Below, in pieces: positions 26,651-39,039 of a stretch of DNA of 64,000 nt (position 1 is its first letter; every line of letters starts with the position of its first letter). The position numbers and the translations under genes were made by a program. Under the pieces are notes generated by a model, which saw nothing but the letters and a program-made list of their open reading frames with translations, searched no databases and had not been told where the DNA came from. Source of the DNA: Octopus vulgaris. Lineage: Eukaryota. Location: the NCBI GenBank assembly GCA_951406725.2, contig OX597837.1:39308001-39372000 (forward strand). Reading direction: 5' to 3'.

Positions 26651-26943
26651 AGGGCTCTGTGAAGTCATTTTTGGCTCCACATGCTGGGAGTATTTTACTC
26701 AAATCAACCCCCTCTAATTTTTTTTTTTAAGCCTAGTGCTTACTCTATTGGTCTCTTTTGCCAAATCGCTAAGTTACAGCAACGTAAATTCACCAACATC
26801 AGTTATCAAGCAGTGGGGTCAATATAATCGACTTAATCCGTTTGTCCTCTCTGTGTTTAGCCCCTTGTGGGTAAAACAAGAGAAACAGGTGTATAAACAA
26901 GCAGGTGTATTAGTTTGTTTACTGCTCGTGAAGGTGAGAAAGT

Positions 26944-26979
26944 CGTTTACATTTTGAGCTTATGCTCTTCATCAGAAAG
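26944..26979 (-). ncRNA. Decayed minimal hammerhead motif
   Basis: cttt-CTGATGA-agagc ataa gctc-AAAA-tg-TA-aacg (CpG-decayed GAAACG). Confidence 0.5.
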
Positions 26980-27519
26980 GAACATGAGGAAATAAAGAGA
27001 GAGAGAATAAAGAAAACTTGTGGATTTAGCGGCCAACATTGTTTTTTTGTTGATCTTGATGTTATTAACCCACATTTTTCCCTATACAAGGGGTTGCTCA
27101 AATGTTTCTGACTTTGGGTAAAAGAAAACCCTGGAGGATCAGTTAATTACGATTTCATTCATTCAACATATTCCCCTCTCAGATTCACAACAATAATAAG
27201 CTCATTTCTTTGAGGACAAATGTAATTTTATATTCATTTATTTCCAGGGCCATAAGTAACCATGTTGACCACAAAGCTAGATGACCAATTACATAAAAAG
27301 GAAAAAGCCCTGAGTAAGTAATTCTTAGAACTCTTTGAAAATGTCTCTTCTCTCTGCCTTTTTTTTTGCTGCTACTGTGTTGGCCTCTAATCTTCAGAAC
27401 TAACAAGACTCATGCTGCCTCCACACAGATATTTCTGATCCACTCATATTTCTCTCTCTCTCTCTCTCTCTCTCTGTTTTCTTTTTCTCTCTCACTGTCT
27501 TTGTTTACTCTCTCTCTCT

Positions 27520-28480
27520 CTACTATCCCTTTATCCATCCATCTATCCATCTCTTTATCTACCGTCCCTCTATCTACCGTCCCTCTATCTACCATCCATC
27601 TATCTACCGTCCATCTATCCATCCATCAATCTCTCTTTCTACCATCCATCTATCTACTATCCCTTTATCCATCCATCTATCCATCTCTTTATCTACCGTC
27701 CCTCTATCTACCGTCCCTCTATCTACCGTCCATCTATCTACCGTCCATCTATCCATCCATCAATCTCTCTTTCTACCATCCATCTATCTACTATCCCTTT
27801 ATCCATCCATCTATCCATCTCTTTATCTACCGTCCCTCTATCTACCGTCCATCTATCTACCGTCCATCTATCCATCCATCAATCTCTCTTTCTACCATCC
27901 ATCTATCTACTATCCCTTTATCCATCCATCCATCCATTCATCAGTGTACTGCAACTGGCAGCAAAACAGGAGCATCCCTGGGTTTGTGAGCAGAGGAGCT
28001 GTAATGCTGCTGAAGAAAGATCCAAACAAGGGGGATGTAATAGATAACTTTAGGCCCATCACTCTACTGAATGCATTCTATCTATCTATCTATCACTCTA
28101 TCTACATCACTCTATCTATCTATCACTCTATCTATCTGCCTATCTATCTATCTGCCTATCTATCTGCCTATCTATCTATCTGCCTATCTATCTATCTATC
28201 TGCCTATCTATATACCTGCCTATCTATATACCTGCCTATCTATATACCTGCCTATCTATATGCCTGCCTATCTATATGCCTGCCTATCTATATGCCTGCC
28301 TATCTATATGCCTGCCTATCTATATGCCTGTCTAGCTATATGCCTGTCTATATACCTGTCTATCTATATACCTGTCTATCTATATACCTATCTATCTATC
28401 ACTCTACCCATCTATCTTCACATCTATCTGTCCTTCCATCTATCCACTTACTTACCTACCTACCTACCTACATATCTGTC
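27520..28480. repeat. (TCTA/TCCA/CCTA)-based micro/minisatellites
   Basis: Seen directly; higher-order unit of about 130 bp in 27520-27935. Confidence 0.9.
27944..28076 (+). mobile_element. Isolated Tx1/L1-like RT fragment
   Basis: VYCNWQQNRSIPGFVSRGAVMLLKKDPNKGDVIDNFRPITLLNA matches the RT N-terminal N[WY]RPI[ST]LLN motif. Confidence 0.7.
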
Positions 28481-28482
28481 TG

Positions 28483-28760
28483 CTGTCTATTAATTTCAGA
28501 TTGTCCGTTGACCACTCATTCAAGACAAGTTGCCAGAAAAATGACCATAAACAAAAATCCAGTGAATTCTAGCATGAAATGGAGAAACATACACAACTGA
28601 CCAATCACATGACTGACCCCCGGAGAGGATATCCAATCACAACCAAACTAACACTAACATGTGATAACAAAAAAACAACAGCATCATCATCATCATCAAA
28701 GATAGCAACAGCTACAAAACCATAATGGACAGAGACAATTAGCACAACTAAAAAAAAACC
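28483..28760 (+). other. Candidate start of the terminal (3'UTR) exon of the membrane-protein gene, acceptor at 28499/28500
   Basis: ctgtctattaatttcag|ATTG followed by unique sequence; the donor after the stop at 25470 requires a downstream exon. Confidence 0.4.
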
Positions 28761-31700
28761 ACAACAATTATTATTATTATTATTATTACTATTATTATCA
28801 TTAACGATGGTGGTCAGTTGGCAGTATTTTTAGGGCCCCTGGGCAAAAATGCCTTACTCTATTTCTTCCGATTCTTTTGCATCCTGAGTTCAAATCCTGC
28901 TGAGGGCAACTTTGACTTTCATTCCTCTGGGGTGGGCGGCAGGAGTGTCCGATAAAATTAGTGTACCGGTCAAGTACTGGCAGTCAGTGGTATCCACACG
29001 AACTCCGTCCTTCCCCCTTGCAATTACTGGCTTCATGCAGAAAAAAATTAGGTATAATTATTATTATGGTGGTGGCCGTGAACTGGAAAAAATACTTAGC
29101 GGTATTTTTTCTGGCTCTTCAACTACGTTCTGAGTTCAGATTCCACCCAGGTCGACTTTGCCTTTCATCCTCTTGGAGAGGTCGATAAAATGAAGTACCA
29201 GTTAACCACTGGGGTCGATGTAATTGGCTTACCCCCACCCCTCAATTTCTGGCCTGGTGCCAAAAATTTAAAACACCATTATCATTATTATCATTATTAT
29301 TATTATCATTATTATTATTTTTGTTGTTGTTATTATTATTATTGTTAAGGTAGCGAGCTGGTAGAATCGTTAGCACGCCAGGTGAAATATGTTCAGTAGT
29401 ATTTCGTCTGCCACTACATTCTGAGGTCGACTTCGCCTTACATCCTTTCGGGGTCGAAAAATTCAGTACCAGTGAAATACTGGAGTCGATATAATTGACT
29501 CATCCTCTGCCCCCAAAATGGCTGCCCATGTGGCAAAATTTGAAACTATTATTATTATCATTATTGTTGTTGTTGGTACACTAGTGTCAGGATGTGCAGA
29601 AAGGTGAACGAAATACTGCTTGCAGTGTTTTAGTATACCATTTCTGTGTTCCGAGTTCAATTCCCGCTGAAGTCAACTTTGCCCTTTGCCCTCTCTAGGA
29701 TGGGGCAATAAAACAGAGTCCCAGTTTGTATACTGGCGTCCATTTACACAACTGCTACCCACCTCTTGCCCTCATTTCCTCCCCCACTTTGTGTCCAATT
29801 CTCCTTTGCTACTACTACTACTACTGCTGCTTCTTCTACTATTATTACTACTACTACTACTACTGCTGTTGTTGTTGTTGTTGCTGTGGTTGTTATATTT
29901 TGTTGTTATTATTAATATTATGGTAGCGAGCTAGCAGAGTCGTTAGCAAGTCAGGTAAAAAATGCATAGTGGTATTTCACCCGGCTTCTTTACATTCTAA
30001 GTTCAATTTCCATCGAGGCCCACTTTGCCCTTCGTCCCTTCAGGGTCGATAAAATAAGCACCAATTGAACACTAAGGCGGATTGTGGGGTTGATGTAATC
30101 AACTACCCTTCCCCTCAAAATTGCTGGCTTTGTGCTGCTAAAATTAGAGAGAATTATTATTTATTATTGTTGTTATTTTACTAAACAAAAGAGGTCCCTA
30201 ATCGGTCCCTGTCATTCCTTGACAAGAACCACCCCTTTTACCTTTTTCTTCTTTCTTTTTTTTTTTTTTTACTTAAATCGGTTTCTAAATATCGCAAATG
30301 ATATTTCAAACTGTAAAGGCATTCTTGTCACAACATCTAATCTTTCCCCTCCCCCCCAACCCCATGTCCCCTTTCTCCCTGCTCCCTTGAACCCCCGCCC
30401 CCACCTCCACCACAAACAAATATCTGGCTTCCTGTAAGAAGCTCAATTAATATTTTTATCAAGGTGGCTAATTAGCAGGGTTGTTAGAACACCTGACAAA
30501 ATGCTCTGCGGCATTTCTTCCGACTCTTTAGATTCTGAGTTCAAATCTCACTGAAGTCAACTTTGCCTTTCGTCCTACCGAGGTCAAAAAAGTCAAGTAC
30601 TAGGGTTCATGGTATGGCATCGATTAACCCTTCCCCTCAAAATTGTAGAACTTATGTCTAAATTAGAAACAACTAATAACATCAAGCTGACAGGATCTTA
30701 CATTCTGAGTTCAAATCCTACCATAGTCAGCTTTGCTTTTCATCCATTAGGGGGCCAATAAAATAAAGTACCTGTCGAAGTATTGGAGTTGATGGTATCA
30801 TCTAAACTCCTTCCTTTAAAATTGCTGGCCTTGTGTATTAATTAGAAACTAAGGCAGTGGACTGGTGGAATCGGCAGAGCATCAGAAAAAATGCTGCGTG
30901 TTATTTCTCCTGACTCTTCACATTCTGAGTTCAAATCCTGCTGAGGCTAGCTTTGCTTTTCATTCCTCTGAGGGCGATAAAATAAAGTACTACACAAATA
31001 CTAAGACTGATGACATCACCTGACCCCTTTTCCTCAAAACTACTGGCCTTAAATTTAAACCAGAAACGTTTATTATTTACTTTTTATCATTTTCTTTTAT
31101 CCTTTTTTTTTGTACAGATATAAAAAAATTTTTTTTTTTAGTTGTGAAACCCCAGATTCTAAGTTCAAATTCCATCTTGCATCAGCTTTTTTCTTGTGGA
31201 TTAGGAATCATTGCTAAAAATTAAATCCAATTTAAAATGACAGAAACACCTCTCCCTCCCTTGCCCTTCCTCAGAACCCAACCTAAACCTTTTGTGTGAA
31301 TTATATTATTTTTATTATTTTTATATTTTTAATTATTTTTTTTTTAGTTTTTTATGTCTTTGTACCAATGGAATATTTATTATTATTATTGTTATTGGCT
31401 TACAGCACTTTAACCGTTACGATTCTATTTTCAAATCTATCTCACCCCAGGGTCCTATTTGCCTTTCATCCATTCAGAGAGGGGTGGGAGATGAATAAAA
31501 AACCAGCAACCGTAAATATATTTGGAGTTGGGCGAACAGGGAGAAAAGCAGGTGAAATATGGAATCACGCAGAAAGAATTTAATCAACTTACCTTTATTT
31601 TACACATACCCCACCATCTTCTACAAGACTGTGATTTGATGCCACTATAACTAATCTTTGTTGTTATTGTTGTTGCTATCATTATTATTATTATTATTAT

Positions 31701-32967
31701 TATTAAGGTGCCAAGCTGACAGAATTGACAAAATATCAGGAGAGGAAATATGCCCTGCAATATTTTTTTCTGGCCCTTTGTTTTGAGTTCAAATTCTTCT
31801 CAGGTTAACTTTGCTTTTCATCCTTTTGGTGTGCGTTGAGGGTGTCAGGAAATAAAAGACAATGCAGATACCAGGATCAGTGTAGTCAACTGACCCCTAC
31901 CTTCCACTAAAATTTCTGGGCTTTGTGCCTATATTAGTAAAAAAAAAAATTTATTAACAGCTATACATTCTGGGTTCAAATTCTGCTGAGGTCAACTTTG
32001 CCTTTCATCCCTTCTGGGTTGATGAAATAAGTACCAGTTGTACACTGGGGTCGATGTAATCAATTAGCCCACCTTTTCCCAAATTTCAGGCCTTGTGCCT
32101 ATAAAAGAAAGGATTATTATTATTATTATTAAGGTGGAGAACTGCTAAAACCATGTTTGTACACTGGACAAAATGCTTCTTGGCATTTCTTATGGCACTT
32201 TATATAATGAGATCAAATTCCACTCAGGCCAGCTTTGCCTTTCATCCTTCAGGGGTTGATAAAATAGAGAACATATCCAGTGCGGGGTCAATGTAATCAA
32301 TTAATCCCTCCCTTCTAGACCTACGGCCCTTGTGTCAGAATTTGAAACTGTTATTGTTATTAAGGCGGTAATCTAGCAGAATCCTTAAAATGTTGGATCC
32401 GACAAAATCCCTAGTGTTATTTCTCCTGTTTCTTCACGTTCCGAGTTCAAATACTGCCGAGGGCAACTTTGCTTTTCATCCCTCTGGGGTCAAAGAAAAA
32501 AAATTAACCAGGACAACACTGGGGTTGATTACATCAAACTAACTCCCTCCCTTGAAATTGCTGGCCTTGTGCCAGAAATTTGAAACCCTTATTGTTATTA
32601 TTAATAGTTATAGTGATATTATTTTTTAGGAGACCAAAAATGACAAAAAGAAAATGGAAAAAAAAAAAAAAGGACTTTAACAAAAGAGAAAATGAAAAAC
32701 TATGCATGTGTGGATTTGTATACGTTAACATTTTGTATATGAGAAAATATTAAAAAAAGAACTGTTATTTATTTAAATTCTTTTTATTACCCACAATGCA
32801 TTTGCCTAAAACTCATACTTTTTGTTGTTGTTGTTGTTGTTGTCGTTGTTGATGGAATTCTTGGGACATTGTTCTGCTTTGCATGCAAGACAAGGACTGC
32901 ATGTCCATCGGTGCTTATTTTCATTATGGTAAGTTGTGGTTGTAGAAATATATATACACACACATTT

Positions 32968-33018
<51 letters not shown>

Positions 33019-33119
33019 TATAAATATATATATACACACACACACATATAAATATATATATACACATATATATACACACACATAGACATATATATATATA
33101 TACACACACATACATATAT

Positions 33120-33222
<103 letters not shown>

Positions 33223-33328
33223 AATAATTAATAATATCAAAGGGTAATCAGAGATATTAGAAATGTCCATTAGCAGTGGCCTAGCGTGTAAGAATTTAGT
33301 CAATAGACTATATATCATTCATATAAAT

Positions 33329-33646
33329 ACAGTGTATTTAAACACATAAGAAGTAGCCATCATAGGACTACCTACACGCTAGAGAGGACAGTTAAATTCC
33401 GAACCACTGTTAGAGATAAAAATCGAAGGGAATGAAAAATAAAAACACTTACCATCTAACTCCTGGACCAATGGTTTCAGACTTTTTTTTTTTTTGCAAA
33501 TAAAATAATTTGCTAAGCGAAGCCTTCTTCAGCAGGTACACCTTAGATTAAATATATTTTCTTTATTAGTGGTTCGGAATTTAACTGTCCTCTCTAGCAT
33601 GTAGGTAGTCCTATGATGGCTACTTCTTATGTGTTTAAATGTACAC

Positions 33647-33649
<3 letters not shown>
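33329..33649. repeat. Fold-back element (arms about 80 bp) with a hammerhead in the loop
   Basis: acagtgtatttaaacacataagaagtagccatcataggactacctac...ttccgaaccact versus its reverse complement at about 33568-33649. Confidence 0.85.
33462..33536 (-). ncRNA. Type I hammerhead ribozyme, intact core, extended stem II
   Basis: cctg-CTGAAGA-aggctt...gcaaat/atttgc...aagtct-GAAA-ccattgg-TC-cagg; GUC cleavage triplet. Confidence 0.8.
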
Positions 33650-33678
<29 letters not shown>

Positions 33679-33867
33679 GTGTAGTAGTAGGCATATATAT
33701 AATGCATTTGTTTTACATGTATGTGTGTGTGTATATATATATATATATATAAAATACATTTGTTTTATATGTATAAATATGTGTATATATATGAATATAT
33801 ATAATGCATTTGTTTTATGTGTGTGTGTGTATATATATATATATTTACATATAATGCGTTTGTTTTA

Positions 33868-33919
<52 letters not shown>

Positions 33920-34035
33920 TAATGCATTTGTTTTATATATATATATATATATTTATATATATGTAATGCATTTATAGATATGTTATATATATATATATAT
34001 ATATATAATGTGTTTGTTTTATATATATAACATGT

Positions 34036-34069
<34 letters not shown>

Positions 34070-35187
34070 ATGTGTTTGTTTTATATATATAACATGTTTT
34101 ATTTATATATATATATATGTATGTATGTATATGTTTGTTTTATATATCTCTATGTGTTTATATATTTGTGTATGATATAAAGGCACATCTAACTACTGCA
34201 TGTTTTGGAGAGAAAAGTTCGTAACATCTAAAATGATTCCAAACTTGTTGGAATTGGTAATGAAATCCACTGGAATTTTTACTTGGAACAATTTATAAAA
34301 TGTGAAACTAAAAGCTTCGTAAAAACAATTTTTTTTTGCTTTTCAGGATTTGGTAACAAATAAACAAAAACAACAACAAACAACTTAAAACCTCTACATT
34401 GAATAAATATGCATGCAATAACAAGAATAACAATACCAACAACAACATTGTTTTTTTTCATCCAAACATGGTTCGTCACACCCAACAGTAAATTTATTAG
34501 CCACAAGGGCAACCTAATTGCATAAGCATTAGTGTATAATAATAATAATAATAATAATTTTAAATTTTGGCACAATGCCAGCAATTTCGGGAGAGGGGTT
34601 AAGTTGCTTACCAAAACCCCAGCACGTGACTGGTACTTATTTTATCGATCCTGATAGGGTGGAGGGCAAAGTCGACCTCAGTGCAACAATAAAAATAATT
34701 ATAATAGTACGTTTCTTTTTATTTATTTTAATGATTATATAATTTCTTTTTTCTTTCTTACTTATTATATTTAAGACAACAAGCTGGCAGAATCGTTAGC
34801 TTGCAGGCAAAATGCTTAATGGTATTTTGTCAGGCCTTACTTTCTGAGTTCAAATTCCACCGAGGTCGACTTTGCTTTTTATCCTTTCGGGGTCAATAAA
34901 TTAAGTACCAGTGAAACACTGGCGGTCGATGTAATTGACTAGTCTCCTCCTCCCAAAATTTCAGGTCTTGTGCCTTTAGTAGAAAGGATTCTTATTATTA
35001 TTACAAAGGCAGTGAACTGGCAGAATTGTCAGCACACTGGGCAAAATGCTTTGCAGTATTCTGAGTTCAAACTCCACTGAAGTCAGCTCTGCCTTTCATC
35101 CTTTCGGGGTTCATAAAATTGGGACCAGTCAAGGATTTGACTTGCCACTTTCTCTGAAACTGCTGGCTTTTTGCCAAAATTTAGAAC

Positions 35188-35220
<33 letters not shown>

Positions 35221-35428
35221 GGCAACAGTCTGACAGAATCATTAGAGAATTGGTCAAAAATGCTTAGCAGCATTGCTTCTGGCTTTAGAATCTGAGTTCA
35301 TATTCTACCAAGGTCAACTTTGCCTTACATCCTTTCAGGGTCGATAAAGTACCAGTGAAACACTGGGGTCGATGTTATTGACTCATCCCCTCTCCCAAAA
35401 TTGCTTCTCTTCTGGCAAAATTTGAACC

Positions 35429-35464
<36 letters not shown>

Positions 35465-36586
35465 GGTGGTGAGGTGGCAGAACCGTTAGCACACCAGGCA
35501 AAATGCTTAGTATTTTGCCTGTCGCTATGTTCTGAGTTCAAATTCCGTCAAGGTCTACTTTACCTTTCATCCTATCAGGGTCGATAAATTAAGTACTAGT
35601 CAAGTACTGGCAGCGTTGTGATCGATTTGTGCCTCTCCCCACAGAAATCCAGGCCTTGTGCCTATTGTAGAAAGGATGATTATTATTATTATTCAGGCGG
35701 CGAGCTGGCAGAATCATTAGCATGCCAGACAAAATGCTTAGTGGTATTTCACTTGTCGCTAGGTTCTGAGTTCAAATCCTACCGAGTTCAACTTTGTCTT
35801 TTTTCCTTTCTGGGTTGATAAATTAAATACCAGTGAAACACTGGGGGTTGATGTAATTGACTTATCCCCTCCCCCCAAAATGACTGCCCTTGGGGCAAAA
35901 TTTGAAGCCATTATTATTATCTTTATCTATTTTTATGTAGTTGTAGGTCTGTAGATGTTATTTGTTAAACTGATGCTAGAAAGTAAATTTTCTGTTTTGA
36001 AGGAGGGGGGGAGGGCAAAGGCAGGAATGTAAAGACCCCCCCCCACTCCATCTCTGTTCTGTTTTTTTTTTTATTTATTTTTCCTTTTGGCATCAATGAA
36101 TTGTGGGAATCTGTCACAAGCCTTGTGACATCTTGTATTTTGTGTTATGTGGGGTGTGGTGAGGGCCGTTATGAAATATTTTTATGTTAATTCTGGCTGT
36201 CTTTATTTATTGAGGAGGGGATAATTAGTATTATTAATATTTAATTAACATTTAATTAATTAATATTTTTATTAAATTAATTCGTTACTTTCTTTTTAAA
36301 ATACAATTTGATGCTTATATACCATTACCACTACCCCTGGTACCTGTCAAAGGGGTTAGATAATGGTATTCATGACAAAGAAAGTCTCTTGTGGTATCTT
36401 GACTTACTAGAAATAACAGCCAAGTTTCCCTCAAATCATCATACTCTTGTCCTGGTTGGAACTCTTAGTGTCCTTGGTGGCATCTTGGCGGTGCCCCAGC
36501 ATGGCCACAGCTCATGAGCTGAAACTAGATGGAAAAAAAAAAATATATATATATATATATTTCTGATCGAAAAGAAACTTCTGTAA

Positions 36587-36619
<33 letters not shown>

Positions 36620-36741
36620 ATATTGACTGACACACATTCACATATGCATTGACTTACAAACACACACATACACACACATACACACACATTGGTGAATGCA
36701 TACACCACACAGACATTTTCATATACACTGCCTGACACACA

Positions 36742-36816
<75 letters not shown>

Positions 36817-37964
36817 GTGAACGCACACACCACACATACATTTTCATATACACTGCTTGACACACACACACACGTACATTGGTGAACGCACACTACACAT
36901 TTTCATATACACTGCCTGACACACACACACACACACACCCACCCCCTTCAGCTCCCAAGTTTTATTACAAATACAGTTCCTGGGTTCCATACCAACCACC
37001 AAACTGCTGGCTGGCACCACAGGAGGCTTCCATTCTACCTGTGTGATGCATATATCTAAGGAAGTTGATGGAATCAGGGTGGAGACTACCCTGGATACCC
37101 TGTCCCACTTGTCCATCACCAGTACCACTACCCCTGGCACCTGTCAAAGGAGTTAGATAATGATATGACAAAGAATGAAAGTCTTGTGGTATCTTGACTT
37201 ACTAGAAATAACCATCTAAGTTTCCCTCAAATCATCATACTCTTGCCTTGGTTGGAACCCTTAGTGTCTTTGGTGGCATCATGGTGGGTAAGGGTGTCAC
37301 AGTGCCATGGTGTCTCTGATCTATGAAGTGTGTTGTGTTAAGGTTAACCCTGGCAGAGCCCTTTCCTCTCTGAGTTTGATTGGAGAGGATTTCTTCCAGA
37401 GAGGAGGAGAAACAAATGAAAAGAAAAGAGAAAGAAAAAAAATTGGTAAGAGGAGAAAGAGTAGAAAATGAACAAGGAAGAAGGGGGAGAAAATGAGGTT
37501 TGCTGAAGCAGGTTTTCCTATGGCCGGATGCCCTCCCTGTCACTAACCCTTACCTGTTTTCCAAGCAAAGTAATATTCTCCCCCCCCCCCCCATGGCCAT
37601 GGGAGATTGCAAATGAATGACCTTGCTTTTATTATGTCAGTGACACTCATTGACTATTGTCACACAATGCCAAAACTGCCAGTCTCCAGGATATATTGCT
37701 TACAAGAGAAGTAAACAGACATCACCATTATCAACCAATGTTAACCAATTCTATAGTGACACACATACACAGTATCACTGACACACATATTAGGACACAT
37801 TGACAAATACACACACACACACACACACACATAAATGGTAATAAATTTGTGTGTATATATATATATAGCCACAATTAGGATATTTAAACCTCTTATAGGG
37901 ATATTTTTATCTAAGATAAACTGGTTTAATATATTGTATTTTGAAGGAGATAATTCAATGAATA

Positions 37965-38268
37965 TCTTTATATATAAAAGTGAAGTTGTGTGAGAGTCTG
38001 TCTACTCCGATTTAGATTCCTAACTACTCCCACATTTTGCGGTGCAGTTTAACCAAAAGCGGGTATCTTATAGTCGTGATTCATATCGAGCCCTTCTGGG
38101 TATTAGCGCATGTCTACGATGAGTCTACGATTTAAAAAAAAATTTCCATCATTTTTCTGCATTTTTAATACATTTTTTGCTTGGTTTATAAAAGGGAAGT
38201 AACTCTCTAAAAATACTTATATAGTTATTTCCCTTACAAACCCAAGAAACGCCGGGCGATACTGCTAG
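37965..38268 (+). mobile_element. Non-autonomous Helitron
   Basis: A|TC...GCCGGGCGATACTGCTAG|T. Confidence 0.8.
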
Positions 38269-38723
38269 TATTATATAAAATATCAAATATTATTGTTAAG
38301 TTTGAAAACGGAGAGATCTACTGGATACAAATTTATTAACATCTTCACCTACAATCGTTTCATTTCACAACCAAAGTTAAACTACAAAACATATAAATAT
38401 ATAATATTGCATTTTAAAATGCAAGATTATATATTTATGCTTCGTCTGACAGGTCAAGCAGTTATGTAGGAGTTTGGTGTTTACTTGTTTGTTTGTTGTT
38501 ATTGTTTTGTCTTTTGCTTTTGTTGTTTTTGCTGGTTTTCTGTGATTTCTAAAAAATAATTTGTTTCAAAATCTCTGTCACACACACTCACTCACACACT
38601 CACACACACACAAGTGCACAGACATAAACACAAACATGCATGTACATACATACAAGCACACTTATACACACACAGCTGCTTGCATATGCACACACACACA
38701 CACATATACATGCACATATACAC

Positions 38724-38757
<34 letters not shown>

Positions 38758-39039
38758 GGCATGTCTGCCCCAAATCCCAGCCCCAAATTAACATACCCCA
38801 GCTTTTCCCTCACCCCCTCTCATCTACACGGTGTTTTTTTTCTTTTTTATTTTACTTATTTACAATTGCACCCCAAACCATTGGACTAAATTAGTATTTT
38901 CCTTCATTAATACTGCAAAGGAGGATGGGAAAAAATTTACCTTGATGGGAATTGAACTCTCAACCCAAAGAACTGGAACAGTGCCCTAACTGTACTGCCA
39001 GTTTACCATCTTCACTCTATATTATTATTATTACTCCTA

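Noticed and set aside
25640-28600. Long S/L- and Y/L/S/I-rich ORFs
   Set aside because: Translations of (CT)n and (TCTA)n repeats, except the short RT fragment reported
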